A DNA stretch of 64,000 bases, taken from positions 17,577 through 81,576 of the forward strand of contig JAYNJV010000004.1 of assembly GCA_038110525.1 (NCBI GenBank). The letters run 5' to 3'. The notes below the pieces were generated by a model. It made no database searches, was not told the DNA's origin, and saw only the letters and a list, made by a program, of their open reading frames with translations. The translations under genes were made by a program, and so were the position numbers. Each line of letters begins with the position of its first letter. Positions within the stretch are counted from its first letter, which is position 1. The DNA comes from Candidatus Poseidoniales archaeon. GTDB taxonomy: Archaea; Thermoplasmatota; Poseidoniia; Poseidoniales; Poseidoniaceae. This document shows, in pieces, positions 16,252 through 23,056 of this stretch.

Positions 16252-18226
16252 TTTCTTCACCTCTGATCAATCTTGGTTGTTTATGATGAACAAATAAATC
16301 TCTATCTACATCAAATCCAGTTACGTCGATACTATATTCTTCTGTTGGGCCAATCGCTCTGAAGACGATTGTATTTCCTTCAGATTTTTCAACAACAATT
16401 CCAGATTCTTCAATTGTAAGATTTTTTACATCAAAGTCAAAAGGTTTCCATTTCTTAATCGGATCTTTGCCATCATCTCGAGCATATGCCATTTTCACAG
16501 TAAATAAGTAATCTACTTGTAAATTTATATCCCCGTGAATTGAGAACCCTCCTGGTATTTTGTCCAGTTCCCACGAATGGTTTTTGCTCAAGTCTTCTGG
16601 AGGTGGTGGAGGCCCAATTATTGTGTCATCTTCATCATTAACTTCATCCTCAGTAGGATTCTTTATCTTCTTTTTCCGTTTCCTTTTCTTAGGCTTGCTA
16701 GAATTTTCAATTTCTTCGGATGGAAACCAATCGTCAATCCAATCTTTCTCAAATAGCTCTTTCTTCACTTGTAAATACTCAATTAATTGTGATGCTGATT
16801 GACGGAAAAATCTGATAATATCTCTTCCATATTTGTAAAGAGACTCAATCCTTGTTGGCCGATGTTCAGTATGTGCAACCTCTTCACTGGATCTTAGCAA
16901 TTCTTCTAATTCTCCATCTTCCGAAACAATTATGCAAACAAAACCGTTCTTCTTAGGTCTGTAATCAGTTTTTGGAACTGACAGATATCTTCTAATCCAG
17001 ATGGCATCAGATCTACCAAATGACTCATCCTTTTTCATCAAAATTGTGAATTTAGATAAACTTGGTTCTCGAGGTAGTCTTTTGTTTTCTAAATACTTGA
17101 AGATTGGAACTTCAATGTTTAACGCAACAGGTTTTCCAGAATCTAAACGGGATCTGATTGTATCATAACTGTCTTCAGGAATTAAATCCCTATTCCAAAC
17201 AATGTTTTCGTTTGAAGGCGAATCAAGCGAAAATTCATTTGCATTACCACTACTCCACCAATTAGCTAATTCGATTAGTCCATTCATGCATTTTCTGTTT
17301 GTTGTAGCCATTGCTCCAGCAGGCTTCCCTACCCAAGTCATTTTGTCACAGATTTTGTAAATAGTTTCAGAATTTATCACTATTTCATGACTTCCATCAA
17401 CTATAATTTCCAATTTTCCTTGGCAAATTGGCATAAAATAAGCACGAATCATACTTTCAATAATTTCCTCGTCCCTGTAAACTCTCTTGGGATATGGAAT
17501 TATCACTGACAACCCTAATTCGTCTGTTCTGCTGAGATTGAAATCTTTGCTAATTATTTTGAATAATTCTTCCGAATCCGATGGCATGATACGTAAAACT
17601 TCGCCATTATCATCTACAACAACATTACCAAAATCGCCATAGGGGAAGTAAATTTGATCTCCAATCTCATGCATTTTGCCGACCGCATTTCCAAAAATTT
17701 TCACTCCATTTCTGTCTCTCGATACAGAAAAGAAGGAATTTATTTCCGACGCATTTGCGAAAGCATGTTTCCCGTAACCATACGATCCACCACGTTTTGT
17801 GGCGTTAGAATTTGTTCGATTTGTGTTTCTATGGAACCAATAAAACCTATTGTCAGGAGCATCTCCTCCAAGGCCATGATAACTTGCATCACCCTCTAAT
17901 CCCTTTGTTCCAAAATCTTCTACTACAACGTAATTCATGGGGGAATTGAGATTTGGGGTTGAAAATCCAGATTCGTTTAGATGATGAAATAATCCATTGA
18001 AGTATTTCTTTGCCATATCAGCAGACATCGCATTATTTCCAGTATTTACTGAGATCCTCATTCTGACCTTGGATCTATTATCAGAAGCATCAAGACTGTT
18101 CTGAGTTGATTCTCTAATCACCGCTCCCAAGGGAGGTAGATTTTCGAAAAGAATACCCTCGGCAGGATCTACGTTCCTGTCCCTTTCTCTCTTTGCAACA
18201 AAATGCCAACTTGGAATCATAACCAT
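16244..18226 (-). CDS. GHKL-superfamily (Bergerat fold, MORC/MutL/Hsp90-like) ATPase with a long unassigned C-terminal region
   Basis: N-box VIRESTQNSLDA (E-x3-N-x2-D-A), G1 box VVEDFGTKGL (D-x-G-x-G), G2 box KRGGSYGYGKHAF. Later a basic linker SSKPKKRKRKKKIK, then GPPPPPE, then a ~110-aa beta-rich tail. Start at ATG 18226 (MVMIPSW), preceded by a G6 run. Confidence 0.75.
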   Translation of the reverse strand: MVMIPSWHFVAKRERDRNVDPAEGILFENLPPLGAVIRESTQNSLDASDNRSKVRMRISVNTGNNAMSADMAKKYFNGLFHHLNESGFSTPNLNSPMNYVVVEDFGTKGLEGDASYHGLGGDAPDNRFYWFHRNTNRTNSNATKRGGSYGYGKHAFANASEINSFFSVSRDRNGVKIFGNAVGKMHEIGDQIYFPYGDFGNVVVDDNGEVLRIMPSDSEELFKIISKDFNLSRTDELGLSVIIPYPKRVYRDEEIIESMIRAYFMPICQGKLEIIVDGSHEIVINSETIYKICDKMTWVGKPAGAMATTNRKCMNGLIELANWWSSGNANEFSLDSPSNENIVWNRDLIPEDSYDTIRSRLDSGKPVALNIEVPIFKYLENKRLPREPSLSKFTILMKKDESFGRSDAIWIRRYLSVPKTDYRPKKNGFVCIIVSEDGELEELLRSSEEVAHTEHRPTRIESLYKYGRDIIRFFRQSASQLIEYLQVKKELFEKDWIDDWFPSEEIENSSKPKKRKRKKKIKNPTEDEVNDEDDTIIGPPPPPEDLSKNHSWELDKIPGGFSIHGDINLQVDYLFTVKMAYARDDGKDPIKKWKPFDFDVKNLTIEESGIVVEKSEGNTIVFRAIGPTEEYSIDVTGFDVDRDLFVHHKQPRLIRGEENG

Positions 18227-18257
18227 CCCCCCGAGATAAGAATTTAACAAATACGGC

Positions 18258-18264
18258 TTATATA
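18258..18264 (-). promoter_or_regulatory. TATA-box-like element upstream of the GHKL operon
   Basis: TATATAA on the minus strand, about 32 nt upstream of the ATG at 18226. Sequence resemblance only. Confidence 0.25.
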
Positions 18265-18298
18265 CAAATCGCTATATCAAAAGTTGAAATAGGACTAG

Positions 18299-18318
18299 GA
18301 CACACCGTGCAGAGTGTC
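18299..18318. repeat. right boundary site GACACACCGTGCAGAGTGTC
   Basis: Perfect 5-bp dyad arms GACAC/GTGTC around a 10-bp spacer. Same orientation as the left site. Sits between the GHKL operon promoter and the trxB promoter. Confidence 0.6.
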
Positions 18319-18396
18319 TTTGGTTCAGTATATTGTTGTCATGATATAGGATAATATTCATCCTCAAGATTAAAAGACTCAATCTCCCTGCTACAA

Positions 18397-19341
18397 ATGA
18401 CGCTTATGACAGAAGTACGCAATGTCATCATTATCGGTTCTGGCCCTGCAGGTTATACAGCTGGACTGTACGCTGCACGTGCTATGCTCAACCCACTCAT
18501 GTTTGCAGGCTATATGTCGGGTGGTCAGTTAATGCTTACAAGCGACATTGAGAACTTCCCCGGCTATCCTGAAGGCATCGGTGGACCTGAGATGATGATG
18601 CAACTTCGAGAACAGGCAGAACGTTTTGGACTCGAAGTCCAAGACCGCAATGTCGAGAGCGTCGATATGTCAAAACGCCCATTTTCCGTTCACGTTGAGG
18701 GCGAGGAATTCCTAGCACATTCACTCATTATCTGCACTGGAGCAGAATCGATTTGGCTTGGAGCACCAGGTGAGCAGGAGCAAAAAGGGCGGGGGATTTC
18801 CACATGTGCTACCTGTGACGGGGCATTCTTCCGCAACGAAGAGGTTCTTGTCATCGGTGGTGGCGATTCAGCGTGCGAAGAGGCTACATTCCTGACTCGA
18901 TTTGCAAGCAAAGTGACCTTGGTTCATCGAAGCGAAACCTTCCGAGCATCAACCATCATGTACGACAGGGCGGCGAACAACGAGAAGATCGAAATCAAGA
19001 CATTCAGACAGGTCAAAGAGTGGCTCTCGGATGACAAAGGGCTTTCAGGGGCGATTCTCGAAGACCCGAGAACCGGTGAAACCGAAGAGATTTCAGCAAC
19101 GGGAGCATTCATTGCTATTGGCCATAAACCCATCACCTCGTTCCTTGAGGGTCAAGTTGAAACCGATGAAAACGGCTACATTATCCACAAATCTCACACC
19201 ATGACCTCCGTGCCGGGCGTGTTTGCTGCAGGTGATGTGGTTGATACTCGCTATCGTCAGGCGATTACTGCCGCTGGAATGGGGTGCCAAGCCGCTATTG
19301 ATGTTGAGAAATGGCTTGAAGAACAAAACATCGGTCACTGA
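18397..19341 (+). CDS. trxB: thioredoxin-disulfide reductase
   Basis: FAD motif IIIGSGPAGYTAGLYAAR, redox-active CATCDG, NADPH motif VIGGGDSACEEA, C-terminal GDV..T.YRQA.TAAG.G. Confidence 0.9.
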   Translation: MTLMTEVRNVIIIGSGPAGYTAGLYAARAMLNPLMFAGYMSGGQLMLTSDIENFPGYPEGIGGPEMMMQLREQAERFGLEVQDRNVESVDMSKRPFSVHVEGEEFLAHSLIICTGAESIWLGAPGEQEQKGRGISTCATCDGAFFRNEEVLVIGGGDSACEEATFLTRFASKVTLVHRSETFRASTIMYDRAANNEKIEIKTFRQVKEWLSDDKGLSGAILEDPRTGETEEISATGAFIAIGHKPITSFLEGQVETDENGYIIHKSHTMTSVPGVFAAGDVVDTRYRQAITAAGMGCQAAIDVEKWLEEQNIGH

Positions 19342-19385
19342 ACCAGTATCGGTGCGTTCAAGAAAGCGAGCCCCGAGGCTCGCCC

Positions 19386-20543
19386 ATGGTCGATGTGGTT
19401 CGCTTTGCCCGCCACATATCGCTTCCACAAGTTGGCATTGAAGGACAGCAGCGTTTGCTCGACAGTCGAGTGCTCATCATAGGAGCGGGTGGACTTGGCT
19501 CTCCTGTAGCGATGTACTTGGCAGCAGCTGGAGTAGGTTGCATTGGACTGGTCGATGACGATGTGGTCGACGTGAGCAATTTGCAACGCCAAATCATGCA
19601 CTCCGAATCGACCAAAGGTGTGCTCAAAGTCGAATCTGCAAAAGAGCGTTTGCTCGGCCTTCATCCCGCACTTCATGTTGAAACATTTCCAGTTCGTTTT
19701 CACCCTGATACTTTTGAAATGTTCGATTTTGAATCATGGGACCTTATTATCGATGGCACCGATAATATCCCGACGAGGTACTTCATTGACGATGTATGTA
19801 GGCTTTTCAATAAGGCTTGGGTTTATGGATCCATTTTCCAATTTGAAGGACAAGTGAGTGTGTTCAACCATCATCATGGTCCAATCTATCGTGATTTGTT
19901 CCCGACCCCCCCGCCTCCGGAAGCGATTCCTTCGTGTGCTCAGGCAGGTGTTTTTGGGGTGCTTCCAGGTGTTGTCGGCTCTCTTCAAGCGACTGAAGCC
20001 ATCAAGATGCTCTTGGAGGTCGGCGATGTCCTGCGAGGTGTTTTGCTCGTGTACAACGGACTTGACGCCACATTTCGAAGGCTAAAATTTGATGTTTCTA
20101 AAGAAAGGCCTCATGTCGCGAGTCTTGAAACCGCACGTCAATTGTTTGACCAAGCATGTTCTCCAAGCAGAACCGCAAACGATAGAGATTTAGTACAAGA
20201 AGCGGAAGCCGAAACCATGTTCAATCAAATTACTGCAACGCAAGTTCGAGAAAAAAGGGATGCTGGTTGGGATTTCATGCTTATCGATGCCCGTTCTCCC
20301 GGAGAATACGACCAAGCAAGAATCAAAGGCAACGATGGAAACATTCCCCACGACGCCATTCTCTATCACCTCGATGAATTACCTCGTGACAAAGACATTG
20401 TACTTCATTGCCAAGCAGGTATGCGTTCAGAGATGGCGATCTTTGCGCTCTTGAAAGAAGGGTTTGACGGCTCACGGTTGTATAATCTCCAAGGTGGCAT
20501 TATGGCTTGGGCTCGCGAATGCCCTGAAGAAATCGAACAATAA
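19386..20543 (+). CDS. moeB: MoeB/ThiF-family E1-like adenylyltransferase fused to a C-terminal rhodanese domain
   Basis: GAGGLGSPVAMYLAAAGVG nucleotide loop, DDDVVDVSNLQRQ, and C-terminal rhodanese with active-site loop HCQAGMRS. Confidence 0.8.
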   Translation: MVDVVRFARHISLPQVGIEGQQRLLDSRVLIIGAGGLGSPVAMYLAAAGVGCIGLVDDDVVDVSNLQRQIMHSESTKGVLKVESAKERLLGLHPALHVETFPVRFHPDTFEMFDFESWDLIIDGTDNIPTRYFIDDVCRLFNKAWVYGSIFQFEGQVSVFNHHHGPIYRDLFPTPPPPEAIPSCAQAGVFGVLPGVVGSLQATEAIKMLLEVGDVLRGVLLVYNGLDATFRRLKFDVSKERPHVASLETARQLFDQACSPSRTANDRDLVQEAEAETMFNQITATQVREKRDAGWDFMLIDARSPGEYDQARIKGNDGNIPHDAILYHLDELPRDKDIVLHCQAGMRSEMAIFALLKEGFDGSRLYNLQGGIMAWARECPEEIEQ

Positions 20544-20605
20544 CAGTCAACTCGGGCGCGAAGTTGAAGGGTAGGTAAACCCTCCTCGCTCATTGGAGGT
20601 CTGTG

Positions 20606-21727
20606 ATGTCTCGTATTATCGTCGCCGACGAAAATGAGGGACGTCGAAACTTGCTCGCCAACACCTTTGAGCGAAGCGGCATGCAGGTCACCCGTGCATC
20701 CACCTTACAACAAATGCAAGGAACCGCTTTGAGTGTCATGCCAGAAGTTGTCTTGCTCGAAGCGGAATGGACGGGTCAAGACATTTTTGATGTGTGCCAA
20801 CAAATGAACTCGAATCCACAATTCAAAACTCAGACAAGAATTGTCGTGTTATCGAGAACCACCGGGCCGGATTATCTTCAACAGGCCGCCATGGCAGGTA
20901 TTGCCGAGGTGATAGCAAAACCGATTGACATGAATCTCCTCATTGCACAACTCCAACGCCACATGCAGAAGCAGTTTGTTCCGCCACCAGCACAATTGAT
21001 GCCGCAAGGTCAAGCCCAAAGCGGAGGCATGTTCGGAACGCCAATGCCCATGTCTCAAGCAGCCCAAGTTCAAGACACAGATTGGGCCATGCCGATGCTC
21101 AAACAACTTGTTGAGGGAGGCAAGGTCAACGATGATATGATTGCTGATATTTTTACCCAACTTGAAGAAGATGGAATCCTATCAGGTGATGAAGAAGAAG
21201 CCCCTCCACTCAATGTATATATTTTGCAAAACGCACTACGATTTGCTCTCAACAATCTTGTTGGTGCAAACCCAACTCCGTCCAAACAATTAGAGGAACC
21301 AGCACATGATGATGCTCCTGACAACCAAACAACTGCGACACAGCCGACCATCGATTCATTGAGGAAAACAAAGAAACTTGGCGATACCTCTGCTGAAAAT
21401 GCAAGTATGGATAAGGCGGGCGAAAGCATGGAACGAATTCTTCAGCAACAAGCCGATGAAATAGCCCGCGAAGTTGAAGAAAAAATGGAAGAAATCCTTG
21501 AAGAAAAACCAGACTACATTGCCATCCTTGAGGATGACAATCGAATTCCTGTCGACCCTGAAGTCTTGAATCTCAGTCGATTGACCTACGATTACTTAGA
21601 GTCTTTATTTGAGCAATTACAACGAAAAGGTGCTGTTTCTGACATCAGTTTGCTCACCCAAATCGAAGACGGGGCAACCATGATACGAGACGTACTGTCC
21701 TGCTTGCCTCGGGGTGAAGAAGAGTGA
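20606..21727 (+). CDS. receiver (CheY-like) domain protein with an acidic C-terminal region of unknown function
   Basis: IIVADENEG (acidic pair), VVLLEAEW (Glu at the phospho-acceptor position), VVLSRTT, IAKPI (conserved Lys-Pro). About 250 further residues lack any recognisable output domain. Confidence 0.6.
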   Translation: MSRIIVADENEGRRNLLANTFERSGMQVTRASTLQQMQGTALSVMPEVVLLEAEWTGQDIFDVCQQMNSNPQFKTQTRIVVLSRTTGPDYLQQAAMAGIAEVIAKPIDMNLLIAQLQRHMQKQFVPPPAQLMPQGQAQSGGMFGTPMPMSQAAQVQDTDWAMPMLKQLVEGGKVNDDMIADIFTQLEEDGILSGDEEEAPPLNVYILQNALRFALNNLVGANPTPSKQLEEPAHDDAPDNQTTATQPTIDSLRKTKKLGDTSAENASMDKAGESMERILQQQADEIAREVEEKMEEILEEKPDYIAILEDDNRIPVDPEVLNLSRLTYDYLESLFEQLQRKGAVSDISLLTQIEDGATMIRDVLSCLPRGEEE

Positions 21728-22986
21728 GCAAGAACCTCGAGCGTCGTCGCAAGTTAGCTTATACGGCGTTGTTGTGGGCATTCTTCGTCAATTTCCTTGG
21801 CTACGCTTTCATTGTCCCCATCTTACCATCGTGGCAAGCTCAATTCGGATTCAACGCGACCAAAGCGACCCTTCTCGTCTCGCTGTGGGCTGTTCCGATG
21901 TTTCTTTTTGGGCCACTCACGGGTCGTCTAACCGATAAGATTGGGGCTGGTCGTACGGTGTTTTTCTCGATGGTGTTCCTCTCTGGCTCAAGTGCCTTAT
22001 ACCTCATCGCTACAGAAGAACTCCTCCCTCACGCCTTTGGCATCCTTGCCCTTGCACGTCTTATTCACGGTGCTTCCGGTGCAGCCATTATGACCGCTGG
22101 TCTTGCTTCCGCATCGCAATTATGGCCGACAAATTTCGGTGAACAGGCGGGGAAATTACTCGCCATTGCAACCATTGGCGGACTCCTCGGACCTGTTGTG
22201 GGTGGAGTGACCTTCGAATACATCGATTCTGGTGCATTCGTATTTCTTGCGATCGCTACCGCCGCAGTCATACCTCTCACCTGGTATGCTATTCCTGCGA
22301 TTGGTAAATCACAAACCCCAACGCAAGGTAATGTTTCAATCAAGGTGTTCATCACCAATCCAGTCCTGCTTCGCGTAGGTATTCTGCTGACCATCACGAC
22401 CATTGCAACTGGTGCACTCGAAGCAGGCGGCCCGCTGTTTCTCCACGATGAGCTCAAACTTGGTTCTGCAATGATTGGTGGTGTTTTGCTTGTCATGGTG
22501 CTTATGCAAGGCATAGGTTCACTCGTTTGGGGCAAACTTGTGGACAAACGTGGCCCAACCAGATACATGCTGATGGGTTGGACCATGGTGGTCATTTCCT
22601 TAGCAGGCGTTGGTCTATTTGGCTGGGGGCTGAGTGGAATTGCTGCCGTTGGAAGTATGATCGTTTTGCTTGGTTTGTTTCAATTTTCAATTGCTGCTGC
22701 TCAAATTCCTATGCTTCCAATGATCGATACGGCAGCGACGAGAGCCTACGGGGAAGGAAATCCAGGCCTCGCCTTTGGAGCGTTTGGAACAGCGTGGGCG
22801 GCAGGAACAATTCTTGGCCCGCTCCTCGTTGGTCCGATGTACGACTTGTCAAATTCGTGGCCGCTTTCGCTTGGATTACTTTCAGTTCCTGCAGCTATCG
22901 CACTCATCATTACCATTCGAAATAAAGACATGTTGCATGAATGCTATTCTTCAGTCATGCAAGAACGTGTGAATGAATCAGACTAA
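21724..22986 (+). CDS. MFS transporter
   Basis: About 12 predicted TM helices. GPLTGRLTDKIGAGR matches the MFS loop 2-3 motif. GTGA overlap with the upstream gene. Confidence 0.8.
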   Translation: MSKNLERRRKLAYTALLWAFFVNFLGYAFIVPILPSWQAQFGFNATKATLLVSLWAVPMFLFGPLTGRLTDKIGAGRTVFFSMVFLSGSSALYLIATEELLPHAFGILALARLIHGASGAAIMTAGLASASQLWPTNFGEQAGKLLAIATIGGLLGPVVGGVTFEYIDSGAFVFLAIATAAVIPLTWYAIPAIGKSQTPTQGNVSIKVFITNPVLLRVGILLTITTIATGALEAGGPLFLHDELKLGSAMIGGVLLVMVLMQGIGSLVWGKLVDKRGPTRYMLMGWTMVVISLAGVGLFGWGLSGIAAVGSMIVLLGLFQFSIAAAQIPMLPMIDTAATRAYGEGNPGLAFGAFGTAWAAGTILGPLLVGPMYDLSNSWPLSLGLLSVPAAIALIITIRNKDMLHECYSSVMQERVNESD

Positions 22987-23056
22987 TGCACATCCTCGTT
23001 CATGTCTTCGAAGGGTAGTTTTGAAACGAGCCTCCACTTGGCCACGATGAGGTGGG

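Larger units (their letters stand above)
10247..18318. mobile_element. putative integrated or excisable island with serine recombinase plus defence-type cargo
   Basis: Bounded by 20-bp related sites in direct orientation (10247-10266, 18299-18318). Encodes a small serine recombinase. Cargo lines hand-count at 28-35% GC (lines 11161, 14221, 17041) against 47-57% in flanking lines (9001, 18421, 19381). Confidence 0.6.
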
